Positions 39,601 through 47,847 of a DNA stretch of 64,000 bases are shown here, in pieces. The stretch lies in IMG/VR virus record IMGVR_UViG_3300030389_002325; one strand, given 5' to 3'. Made by a program: the position numbers and the translations under genes. Under the pieces are notes generated by a model. That model ran no database searches and was not told the DNA's origin. It saw only the letters and a list, made by a program, of their open reading frames with translations. The DNA comes from an uncultured virus (IMG/VR IMGVR_UViG_3300030389_002325). Taxonomy: Duplodnaviria; Heunggongvirae; Uroviricota; Caudoviricetes; Crassvirales. Positions within the stretch are counted from its first letter, which is position 1. The number at the start of each line of letters is the position of its first letter.

Positions 39601-42600
39601 AGTATAGAAATGTAGCATTTAAAGCTTTAGGTTTTGATCAGTCTAAAGGTGATATACCATCATCTGAAGCGCAATCATTTGTTGATGCAGAATTTACAAA
39701 TATAATAAATAGATATGATGAATCTACTGAGTTTTCTACATGGGTAAATTCTAATATAAGACCTAAGCGTCAACAGTTTTATCAAGAGCAAATAGGTGAT
39801 ACAACAGAAAGTTTAGACAAGCAAGAGGCTAGACAAATAGCTGATGAAGCGCCTGCTAGTAGAGAAGTTAGTGAAAAACAATCAAGGCAAGAAACCCGTA
39901 AAATAAAAGTTGCTAAAAGATTAGGCGTAGAAGAGCAGATTAAAAAAGAAGTAGATAAAAAAGTAAAAGATTTAGATGTAACTAAATTTAATTACAAAAA
40001 ATTAAAAAACTTAGGCACTGAAACTGTAGGTGAGTTATTTGGTATATCACCTAAAAAAATAACTAATAACGCTAATTTAACTAAAAGCGAAATAGCAAAT
40101 GCACAAAGATTTATAGCTAAAAATGTAGACTTGCTTATGTCTATGTTGCCTGAAGGTTACAGCAGTGACTTTACATCTTCAGGTGTACCTAAAGTGTTAT
40201 TAGAAAATTTTTATAATCAACGTAGTGTAAGAGCTAAAACTGGGCCAGGCTTAAAAGTGCAAATTAAAAAACCAGATATAAAGACTAATGAGTTTTTAGA
40301 AGTTTTTGGGTTTGTAGATGGTAAGCCAACTAGAGATGATAGAAATATATCATCTAGAATACTAGCACTTGCTAATCAAGCTGGTAAAATGATGACTAAT
40401 CAGACTGTAAGAGAACAAGCTATATTACAAGGCGTAGATCCAGCTAAACTGCAAACATTATCTAGTCCTGTTCCTCAAGGATTCTTTTCTAAACAAGCTT
40501 CACTTAAAACTCAAGGTAAAAATTTTGACGAAATACTAAATGATATATATGGTATTGAAGGTATTGCTAACGAGGACAGAGCTCAAATATTAGGAGATGC
40601 TTTACGAATTAAACTAATTGAAAATCCAGAGGAAACAATAGCTGATGTAATAAAAGCAGTAGCTGAAGGATTAGAAATAAAGCAAGGTTTTGCTTATGAA
40701 CAAGTTTTATATGATGTAATAAACGATGCAGTAGCTCAGTACAATATACCTGGGTTAAAGCTTTCTGCAGGTCCAACTGAAGTAGGAGGCGCTGCAGATA
40801 TAGTATTAACTTATTATGGACAAGAAATAGGTATAGAAGCTAAAAAAGGTAATGCTAGATTTGGTAGTGTCACTGCTAAATATGATAAAAATGGAAATTT
40901 AATTATTAAAAAAGATTATACTTTCAACAAACTATTAAATAAAATGTTGAAAGACGCTAAGCCTGAAATTGATGCTTATATTAAAGAAGCTAATATAATA
41001 GGCAAAAGATTATTTAGTAGTAAATATATTCCAATAAAATATATTACTGATGCAATACCACAAGAAGTATACGACGTTTTGCAAGTTAGAGGTTTTCAAA
41101 AAAGTATAACTCAAACAACAAAAGTAAATACTGATTTTGTTTCAGAGTTATATTGGGCAAAGCAAAATGGAACTGCTTATATTCAAATACAAGGACTAGG
41201 AACTTATTACTTAACAGATCCCTCAAATACTAATATAGAAAATCCACTAAACTTAAATGTGCCTCCTTTCAACGCTGATTTAATATTGTCGTTTGCCACA
41301 GGATCTAATACTGCTGCTAACCCTCGCAGTTACTCTACAAAGACGTTAGTTGATGGTAAGAAAAAAGATACTAAAGCTTTACCAGGTAGTACAGGTTTTA
41401 GAAGAATATCTTTAAGGTTTCAACCAAGTAAAATAACTGGATTAGAAAAATCACCATTACAGTTAGATCAACCAGCAAGTGTTGCTAAAGCTTTTAGTCA
41501 AGCTGATATTAATAATCAAATAACAAAAGAACAAGAAGGAGCTTTTAAAAATAATCAACAAGAAGGATTTTTTAGCAAAGTAATAGATCCAAACAATACT
41601 AATAACTCAGAACTTATTAATGAGTTTAGTAAAATAGATAAAGCTCTAAAGCTAGCTAACTCGCTTAATCAACCTATTAAAAAAATTAGAGTATTTGATT
41701 TTGATGATACATTAGCTACTAGTAATAATGTAGTTTTTGCTGTAAAAGATGGAGAAACTATAACATTAAATGCAGAAGAGTTTGCTAAAGAAGGAGATAA
41801 GCTATTAAAAGAAGGGTATGAATTTGATTTTACTGATTTTAACATTATAAGAAAAGGTAAAAAAGGTCCTTTGTTTGATATAGCTAAAAGAATTAAAGCA
41901 GCTAGAGGTAATGAAGATTTATTTGTATTAACAGCTAGAGCTCCAGAAGCACAACAAGCTATATATGAATTTTTAAAATCACAAGATTTAGAAATACCAT
42001 TAGAAAATATAGTAGGTTTAGGTAATTCAACTGGTGAAGCTAAAGCACAATGGTTAGTAGGCAAAGCTAGTGAAGGTTATAATGATTTTTATTTTGCAGA
42101 TGATGCCATACAAAATATATCAGCAGTTAAAAAAGCAATGTCTGTGCTAGATGTTAAGTCTAAAGTGCAACAAGCTAAAGGTCAGTTTAGTAAAAATGTT
42201 AACGAAGATTTTAATAAAATAATAGAACAAACTACAGGAATAGCGTCTGAAAAAAGATACTCAGAAGCTAAAGCGAAAGTAAGAGGTGCTAATAAAGGTA
42301 ATAAAAAATTCTTTATACCTTATTCAGCTGAAGACTTTATGGGATTAATATATCCATTATTAAGTAAAGGTAAATTAGGTGATAGTCAAATGGCTTGGTT
42401 TAAGCAAAATTTACTTGATCCATATGCTAGAGCAAATGAAAATTTATCTACTGATAGACTTCAGTTGATGGAAGACTTTAAAGCACTTAAAAAAGCATTA
42501 GATGTACCTAAAGATCTTAGAAAAAAGACTGACTCAGGTTTTACTAAAGAACAAGCTGTAAGAGTTTACTTATTTAATAAAGCTGGCTTTGATGTTCCTG

Positions 42601-44249
42601 GTATATCTAAAACTGATTTAAACGAGCTATTAGATTTAGTTAATTCAGATGGTGTATTAAAAGCTTTTGGTGATCAGATATTTAATATAACTAAAGGTGA
42701 TGGTTATGCTAAGCCAGGTGAATCTTGGTTAGTAGGTACGATAACAACTGATTTAATTGATGTGTTAAACACTGTTAAAAGAGCTAAGTATCTAGAACAA
42801 TCTGGATTTACTGCTAATGCTGATTTAATATTTAGCAAAGAAAATTTAAATAAGTTAGAAGCTGCTTATGGTACTAAGTATAGAGAAGCTATGGAAAATA
42901 TACTCGGTAGAATGAAGTCTGGTAAAAATAGATTATTTAGCGGTAATAGACTTAGCAATAGAGTTTTAGATTATATAAATAATTCTACTGGTGCTATAAT
43001 GTTCTTTAACACTAGATCAGCTGTACTTCAAACTATATCTAGTATAAACTTTTTAAACTGGAGTTTTAATAACCCTATAAAAGCAGGTGCTGCATTTGCA
43101 AATCAAAAGCAATACTGGAAAGATTTTGTTGAATTAATAAACTCTGACTATTTAGTTGATAGGCGTAATGGATTAAAACTAAATATAAATGAAAGTGAAA
43201 TAGCTGACGCTGCCGCAACTAGTAAAAACAAAGCTAAAGCTGCTATAAATTACATATTGCAAAAAGGGTTTTTACCGACTCAATATGCTGATAGTTTTGC
43301 TATTGCATCTGGTGGTGCTACATTTTATCGTAATAGAATAAATGATTTAGTTAAAAATCAAGGTATGTCTGAAGCTGATGCTAAAAAACAAGCTATGCTA
43401 GAGTGGAGAGAAACATCTGAAATATCTCAACAATCATCTGATCCAAGTAAAATATCTGCTCAACAAGCAAGTGATTTAGGAAGAGTTATACTAGCTTTTG
43501 CTAATACACCTATGCAATATGCTAGAATACAAAAAAGAGCTTTACAAGACTTAATTAATCGTAGAGGAGACGCTAAAACACATGTTAGTAAAATTATATA
43601 CTATGCTGTAGTTCAAAATTTAATATTTAATGCTTTACAGTCTGCTTTATTTAAACTAGGTTTTGATGAAGAAGAAGACGAGAAAAAAGAAGAGATGTAT
43701 TTAAGAACAGCTAACGGCATGTTAGACTCTCAATTAAGAGGTTTAGGTTTAGCTGGAGCTACAGTTGCTGTAATTAAAAACTTTTTAACTGATATATATG
43801 AAAGATCTGGAAGAAAAAGACCTGAATATGTAGATTCTGTATATGAATTATTGAGAGTATCTCCACCTATAAGTAGTAAAATATCTAAAATTAGACAAGC
43901 TGCTTATCAATTTGATAGTAAAAAACGTAGAGAAGAAATATTTAAAAAAGGATTTAACATAGACAATCCAGCATACGAAGCCGGAGCAAAAGTAATATCT
44001 GCCACGGTAAATGTACCGCTAGACAGAGTGTATAGCAAAGTAGATAATATTTCTGGAGCAATGTCAGAAGACGCAGAAACTTGGCAAACTGTAGCTATGT
44101 TAGCTGGTTGGCCAAAATGGCAAATAATGCCTAAAGAAAAATCAAGTCAAGAATTACCTAAATTTCCTGGAAGAAAAATTAAAAAGTTTAAAAAATACGA
44201 CTATAAAAATAAAACTAAAAAAGGAGAAAGAAGAAAGTTTGGATATTAA
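36657..44249 (+). CDS. Giant polyvalent internal virion protein (zincin HExxH, sigma-like, PD-(D/E)XK and HAD domains)
   Basis: HELLH at 39075; INRYDESTEFSTWV...SLD; YE...ADIV...IEAK; VFDFDDT...LTAR...FADD. Confidence 0.8.
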   Translation: MSEEILIENLFKDSTTKKDLAVDNEISINELFGVEEPPIELQTDKEFIFENEDINKPVEDKESRIKELKSQLEVEDKELFVPLNELKKDRQKRFDDRFVKIKELQELTNSPQLQELENIVKFDEEEQAVPKLRQLYSEFGLRFVPAGLGDAMQVYTDKDKDGIIIDLDTFTYKGAEEEVKKLKDYISNNKTDFDKTTINKLKNAKGNPTAFLNLYNENVIKEENEKIQSNLNYFDKELDKLNVEQKDFNEQVVKFEYEVDKGLITKEQATQTQKDLIIKQNELNSKRSGLKSYFEKDIQGLASDINSIQAEQTSVLADRGTWVESWYNTVLDVPDLLNRVSVDVTNVIKDGIVDIKKYTGLIDSDEAEKQRAKNELEKNIRNEFSLKDEIGSDITNEYQQKFQETTFGAVSTSIVQMLASSLIAPGTGPATFGAVMGGQEAGRVLKEMDAPAFDDVPDWQKVAFASSVGVAVAKLEKIGASAIIGKNPLAKRIVLNVLKKQGNKKVASGTIKDIIEQTIENKFLRGGFSVGVGGGMEGVTEVAQEVTEVGFKNAFNEVKNVFREDDKEFFTKEQTELDKDNLLQAFKVGTLAGGAFGTMNAFVEASNRKVVDQLNEEQYKRARAFYTDPQSLKNYSTKIRIEYAKGNITKDQLRNEERSIRELGGIFREIRKSTRLTTEGEKRVFSLIQQKKALQKQINEAEDKSLVAKQKESISEINSQIENIIKDPTYDFDKSFARLKEVTKVEAEKAGKEFKVLNDTNFNKELSNLGLDESNYKGSTGYIHTDGNIYINETVAENLREIPVTSHELLHGILNKQLSNKTKEQSEQIVKDFKSKLNKSQRQAVNKRLQEAYGKSEDDATSQEWFTALSDGIVNNEVSFEESGFQSLGRLLTNVFLKPFGYKNASFKNGRQAFNFVRDYANQSKAIAEGKQQTFEGQVGEIVSEGISTAPKGAMSRKDLTNLAKSYKSDPAEADIEQLIQQYRNVAFKALGFDQSKGDIPSSEAQSFVDAEFTNIINRYDESTEFSTWVNSNIRPKRQQFYQEQIGDTTESLDKQEARQIADEAPASREVSEKQSRQETRKIKVAKRLGVEEQIKKEVDKKVKDLDVTKFNYKKLKNLGTETVGELFGISPKKITNNANLTKSEIANAQRFIAKNVDLLMSMLPEGYSSDFTSSGVPKVLLENFYNQRSVRAKTGPGLKVQIKKPDIKTNEFLEVFGFVDGKPTRDDRNISSRILALANQAGKMMTNQTVREQAILQGVDPAKLQTLSSPVPQGFFSKQASLKTQGKNFDEILNDIYGIEGIANEDRAQILGDALRIKLIENPEETIADVIKAVAEGLEIKQGFAYEQVLYDVINDAVAQYNIPGLKLSAGPTEVGGAADIVLTYYGQEIGIEAKKGNARFGSVTAKYDKNGNLIIKKDYTFNKLLNKMLKDAKPEIDAYIKEANIIGKRLFSSKYIPIKYITDAIPQEVYDVLQVRGFQKSITQTTKVNTDFVSELYWAKQNGTAYIQIQGLGTYYLTDPSNTNIENPLNLNVPPFNADLILSFATGSNTAANPRSYSTKTLVDGKKKDTKALPGSTGFRRISLRFQPSKITGLEKSPLQLDQPASVAKAFSQADINNQITKEQEGAFKNNQQEGFFSKVIDPNNTNNSELINEFSKIDKALKLANSLNQPIKKIRVFDFDDTLATSNNVVFAVKDGETITLNAEEFAKEGDKLLKEGYEFDFTDFNIIRKGKKGPLFDIAKRIKAARGNEDLFVLTARAPEAQQAIYEFLKSQDLEIPLENIVGLGNSTGEAKAQWLVGKASEGYNDFYFADDAIQNISAVKKAMSVLDVKSKVQQAKGQFSKNVNEDFNKIIEQTTGIASEKRYSEAKAKVRGANKGNKKFFIPYSAEDFMGLIYPLLSKGKLGDSQMAWFKQNLLDPYARANENLSTDRLQLMEDFKALKKALDVPKDLRKKTDSGFTKEQAVRVYLFNKAGFDVPGISKTDLNELLDLVNSDGVLKAFGDQIFNITKGDGYAKPGESWLVGTITTDLIDVLNTVKRAKYLEQSGFTANADLIFSKENLNKLEAAYGTKYREAMENILGRMKSGKNRLFSGNRLSNRVLDYINNSTGAIMFFNTRSAVLQTISSINFLNWSFNNPIKAGAAFANQKQYWKDFVELINSDYLVDRRNGLKLNINESEIADAAATSKNKAKAAINYILQKGFLPTQYADSFAIASGGATFYRNRINDLVKNQGMSEADAKKQAMLEWRETSEISQQSSDPSKISAQQASDLGRVILAFANTPMQYARIQKRALQDLINRRGDAKTHVSKIIYYAVVQNLIFNALQSALFKLGFDEEEDEKKEEMYLRTANGMLDSQLRGLGLAGATVAVIKNFLTDIYERSGRKRPEYVDSVYELLRVSPPISSKISKIRQAAYQFDSKKRREEIFKKGFNIDNPAYEAGAKVISATVNVPLDRVYSKVDNISGAMSEDAETWQTVAMLAGWPKWQIMPKEKSSQELPKFPGRKIKKFKKYDYKNKTKKGERRKFGY

Positions 44250-44297
44250 ATAAGGAACAAAAAAAACTGGGCACCATACCCAAAAGTTCCTGTAACC

Positions 44298-44330
44298 AAA
44301 AAAGGGGATCTCAAACGAGGTCCCCTTTTT
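44298..44330. terminator. Bidirectional terminator between the convergent late and replication blocks
   Basis: AAAAAA-GGGGATCTC-AAAC-GAGGTCCCC-TTTTT. Confidence 0.85.
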
Positions 44331-44332
44331 AT

Positions 44333-44371
44333 TTAGCAGTCTCCGCAGAGACCTCCACATAATGGACACAT
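44333..44371 (-). CDS. 12-aa CxxC-xxx-CxxC micropeptide MCPLCGGLCGDC (not in ORF track)
   Basis: Starts 3 nt after the upstream stop behind an A-rich leader and ends 2 nt before the terminator. Confidence 0.55.
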   Translation of the reverse strand: MCPLCGGLCGDC

Positions 44372-44374
44372 AAT

Positions 44375-44530
44375 TTATATTTTTAAACTAATTCCAATTG
44401 AGCAAATAAATGCTCCACTTGCTATTGCAAGAGTATTTGGGTTATTGCCAAATTGTTGGCCGTGCCACATCATATTAGCACCTGACATAGTCATCATGCC
44501 AATACCTCCTATAATTACTAGTTTTTTCAT
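44375..44530 (-). CDS. Small two-helix membrane protein (51 aa; not in ORF track)
   Basis: MKKLVIIGGIGMMTMSG...ICSIGISLKI*; ATGA overlap. Confidence 0.65.
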   Translation of the reverse strand: MKKLVIIGGIGMMTMSGANMMWHGQQFGNNPNTLAIASGAFICSIGISLKI

Positions 44531-44784
44531 TTTAATTTAAGTATTGTATTTAAATTAGAATATATTATACCTATTAAAATAATAGAACAATATACAATAG
44601 GTTTTTCTAAATCATTTTCTATAACTAAAGTAAATATACTTAAAAATAATAACTTAGCAGCCATGCTACCATATATTAAACCTATACTTGATTGTTTTGA
44701 TTTTAAGAATATAGTTATAACAACTTTGTTTATAGCTAACATAATCCCCGTAGCTAATAAACCATATACAAATGATTCTATCAT
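44527..44784 (-). CDS. Small membrane protein (about 3 TM)
   Basis: Hydrophobic 85 aa; overlaps the RNR stop. Confidence 0.7.
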   Translation of the reverse strand: MIESFVYGLLATGIMLAINKVVITIFLKSKQSSIGLIYGSMAAKLLFLSIFTLVIENDLEKPIVYCSIILIGIIYSNLNTILKLK

Positions 44785-46643
44785 ACTATTTCACATGCTC
44801 CACCTGCACAAGCTAATTCACCTGCTAGATCAGTTTCATCTTCAACTTCTACTATATTAGTAAGATTAACATCAGTTAAACTCTTCATCATAGTTTCATA
44901 TTTAGATTTATCTATATCTTCAAATGGTGCTTGAGTATAAGTACCACCATCATATGGTAGGACAGATAGCCCATTATAATAGTCCCTATTGTCCCACATC
45001 CACTTACCTGCCTTATTCCATTCATCTGGTTTTAAACTAACAGTAGCTGAAACATTGTGAGTATTGCTACCACGTTTGTGACCTGGTTGTACCCATTCAG
45101 TTGCTACTTTCTTTATACGTTCAAGTAGATCAAACGGTGACTCAGTTCTAAGTATAGAACCATCAGGTGCTTTTTGTGGTATGCTAATTACAGCTGTATC
45201 ATGAGGTCTAAAATATTCATCTTCTATTAAATCAGGATGATTTTTAACTAAGTATTTATACATACTTTCGTTTTTACCAACTCTAACTCTACGTACATAA
45301 TAATCATTATGCCATGCATGTATACCAGACGATGTTCCTAATGCCAGAGATGTCGTTCCAGCAGGCTTTACTGTTGTACATCTAGCAGCTGGTTTGATAC
45401 CTATTTTTTTAGCTGTTTGTTTGTTTTTGCTTACTACTATATCTGCAGCTTCCTTCATATCCAACTGCAGCACAGCGGCAGAGCCTATTCCTGTCATTGA
45501 CACACCTATAAGGGCGTCCTTCTCTGTCGTATCTTTCCATATGTCTCTTAAATAATGAAAGTCAGTATAACCCGCTTGTAAAGTACCTATAAATGACGCT
45601 ACTCTACATCTATCGTTAAAATCAATTTGATCTTTAATATCACTAGCATTTACTTCACATAAGTTACAAAACTGATATGGTCGTAGTGCTATTTCACAAC
45701 AAGGATTTGTACCCCAGTCTTTATCGTTATTAAAGTAAATACCTGGCTCACCTGATCCTGATCGTTCAACACGTTTCCATAAGTCCATAAAAAATCCTTT
45801 ATGTATTTTATGTCTCATAAGTACAGCAGAATTGTTTGCTCTTCCTCGTTGAGGTGCTTCTTCCCACCAGTGTCCAGACTTACAACCTATCATTGCTTCA
45901 TCATCTGCTGAAAATAAACTAATAAGCGCAGCTCTACGTATACCGCCTGCCAATACAGCATCAGCTATATGACAAACAATATCGTGAGCTTCTAATGTAG
46001 TTAATTTATCTCCGTCTTCTACATCATTTAAAATTCCTGCTACTTTTACTAAACACTCTTTTAATGGTTGTGGACCTGGAGCTTTGCCACCAGATGTAAC
46101 TAATTGAGCTCCCTTTGGTCTTATATCAGAATAATCAAAAAGCACCTTAGATGATCTCTTAGGACCCATATAAGACTTAATTAATACCTTAACCGCATCA
46201 GCCCAACCTTCAATACTATCGCCTATTAAATGCCTTCTAGTTCTTTTACTATAAGGTTGATTAACAGCGGGTAATTTATTAACATGGTGGTTTTGTACAG
46301 AGTAACCTACACCAGTACCACCAAGTAATAAAAACATTATTTCATTAAAAGACTCAATGCTATCAATAGGTAGATAAGCACAATTGTAGACTCTATTAGG
46401 CGAGATTTCAATTGGTTTGCCTCCAAATTGTAACGATCGCATAGACGGTAAAACTTTCTTTTCATATACGTATTTATAAGCAGCTTCAATTTCATTAACA
46501 AGTTTAGGATATTTTTTGATATGCATGTTCTTGTTTCTAGTAACTAGTTCTTCCCATGTTTCTCTTCTATTTAATTCAGGTATGTATTTAGCATACTTCA
46601 TGTAAACAGTAATATCACTTAGTATCTTGTTCGATAGTTCCAT
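44781..46643 (-). CDS. nrdJ: Ribonucleotide reductase class II (B12-dependent, monomeric RTPR-like)
   Basis: PSMRSL, YNCAY, GGIRRAALI, TNPCCEI, VKPAGT and C-terminal CAGGAC; no beta subunit in the genome. Confidence 0.88.
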   Translation of the reverse strand: MELSNKILSDITVYMKYAKYIPELNRRETWEELVTRNKNMHIKKYPKLVNEIEAAYKYVYEKKVLPSMRSLQFGGKPIEISPNRVYNCAYLPIDSIESFNEIMFLLLGGTGVGYSVQNHHVNKLPAVNQPYSKRTRRHLIGDSIEGWADAVKVLIKSYMGPKRSSKVLFDYSDIRPKGAQLVTSGGKAPGPQPLKECLVKVAGILNDVEDGDKLTTLEAHDIVCHIADAVLAGGIRRAALISLFSADDEAMIGCKSGHWWEEAPQRGRANNSAVLMRHKIHKGFFMDLWKRVERSGSGEPGIYFNNDKDWGTNPCCEIALRPYQFCNLCEVNASDIKDQIDFNDRCRVASFIGTLQAGYTDFHYLRDIWKDTTEKDALIGVSMTGIGSAAVLQLDMKEAADIVVSKNKQTAKKIGIKPAARCTTVKPAGTTSLALGTSSGIHAWHNDYYVRRVRVGKNESMYKYLVKNHPDLIEDEYFRPHDTAVISIPQKAPDGSILRTESPFDLLERIKKVATEWVQPGHKRGSNTHNVSATVSLKPDEWNKAGKWMWDNRDYYNGLSVLPYDGGTYTQAPFEDIDKSKYETMMKSLTDVNLTNIVEVEDETDLAGELACAGGACEIV

Positions 46644-46854
46644 TTTGTTCTGCTTTTTTTCTTTCTTTTAAATTATCTTCCATTTGCTTTTTTAAAGCGT
46701 CAATGGCATCTTGGTAACCAGGCATAAGTTTAACTGCTTCTAAAGTTCCTACGCTTAGTTCTCTTAAATGTGTTATTTCATTTATTAACTGCTGAATAAT
46801 ATTAGTCATTGCTTTAATTTTATTCTGCATTTCTATTAATTTACTTTCTTTCAT
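46615..46854 (-). CDS. Coiled-coil hypothetical protein
   Basis: Coupled ORF in the operon. Confidence 0.65.
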   Translation of the reverse strand: MKESKLIEMQNKIKAMTNIIQQLINEITHLRELSVGTLEAVKLMPGYQDAIDALKKQMEDNLKERKKAEQNGTIEQDTK

Positions 46855-46985
46855 CTGCCTTGCCCTCTATATTTTTTCTTGTAATTAACGCTATTTTTTA
46901 AATTAGATGTTTTAGATTTACTATGAACACCTGGTCTTTTTTTACGGTTTTTCTCCCGATACGGTGATAATGTCAGCTTCGCCAT
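46851..46985 (-). CDS. Small basic protein ending KKYRGQGR (44 aa; not in ORF track)
   Basis: MAKLTLSPYREKNRKKRPGVHSK...YRGQGR*; ATGA overlap. Confidence 0.7.
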   Translation of the reverse strand: MAKLTLSPYREKNRKKRPGVHSKSKTSNLKNSVNYKKKYRGQGR

Positions 46986-47136
46986 ACTTTTCTGAATATT
47001 TAATTAAATCTTTATATTTTAAATAGCCTTTAGATTGTATACTCCAGTCTATAAACTGTTGTAACTTTCTTTTGGTATACATACGCCTTGCTAGATCTTT
47101 TTTCTCCCAAGAATTAAGTTCACGGTTTCGTCGCAT
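46942..47136 (-). CDS. Hypothetical protein
   Basis: Short ORF in the operon. Confidence 0.5.
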   Translation of the reverse strand: MRRNRELNSWEKKDLARRMYTKRKLQQFIDWSIQSKGYLKYKDLIKYSEKYGEADIITVSGEKP

Positions 47137-47546
47137 TCTTTTTGATTTTGTGGTTTATATAACGTAACTTCCGACCTAGTATGATATAAGTAAAGTTTAA
47201 ATAATTTCCAACGTATAGGAAAAGATTCGTTAGCACGTCCTTTGCATTCAATGATGAAGTTATCTCCGACAAAGTCAGGTGTATACTTGATATTAAGTAT
47301 TTTTTTATTACCTCTATTTTTATATTCACCTTTCCCATTAGATTGTCTTTCATAAGATGACTTGTCATAGTTAAAAGAAGGGATCAACTCATAAGTTGTC
47401 CCTTCATATTTTGCTTTGATCTTAGCTTTTTTTAAAGCTATGTACATGTATTTTTCAAGACCAGACTGAAAAGTAATACCATCATATATTACTTTTTTAG
47501 ATCGTACAGGTCCTTTTTTTCGTTTAAATCGGCGCGATCGCATCAT
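47091..47546 (-). CDS. T7 endonuclease I-like Holliday junction resolvase
   Basis: F.SGLE, YTPDF and IIECKG. Confidence 0.8.
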   Translation of the reverse strand: MMRSRRFKRKKGPVRSKKVIYDGITFQSGLEKYMYIALKKAKIKAKYEGTTYELIPSFNYDKSSYERQSNGKGEYKNRGNKKILNIKYTPDFVGDNFIIECKGRANESFPIRWKLFKLYLYHTRSEVTLYKPQNQKECDETVNLILGRKKI

Positions 47547-47847
47547 CCCAGTCTAACTGTGCAGAACTACCTTTAAAAGCAGCATGATCAGCGGCTCTGA
47601 TAGCATCAGATACTAACTTATCATTAAGCTCTTCTTTAGCAGCTTGAATATAAAGAATAGCATCCATAAGCTCTTCTTGTACATCATTTAAATAACCAGC
47701 TAAATCTTTATGTTTGCCAGTTCTTTCATCGTGTAATGTTCTACCATACTTAGCATAACCAACATCAGAACGTTTAACAAACTTATCGCAGACTCTTTCT
47801 ACAACAGGATCTCTAAATAAAATAGTTTTACTTTTCATCTTTAACAA
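47524..47847 (-). CDS. All-alpha NTP-pyrophosphatase-like / nucleotide-modification-associated protein
   Basis: RS.VG..KYG.TL...QEELMDAILY. Confidence 0.55.
   Translation of the reverse strand: MLKMKSKTILFRDPVVERVCDKFVKRSDVGYAKYGRTLHDERTGKHKDLAGYLNDVQEELMDAILYIQAAKEELNDKLVSDAIRAADHAAFKGSSAQLDWDDAIAPI

Noticed and set aside
36657..44249. Virion RNA polymerase as in N4 or crAss phages
   Set aside because: The DFDD string lies in a HAD motif I context (VFDFDDT with TAR and DD motifs); no DxDGD/DFDID or T7-type polymerase motifs were seen
1087..44369. Minus-strand ORFs within the late block (e.g. 1087-1380, 4699-4995, 23649-23897, 41669-42064) and nested plus-frame ORFs 5385-5570, 19162-19692, 19912-20151 and 24220-24411
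   Set aside because: They are antisense or alternate-frame shadows of well-supported genes and have no recognisable motifs
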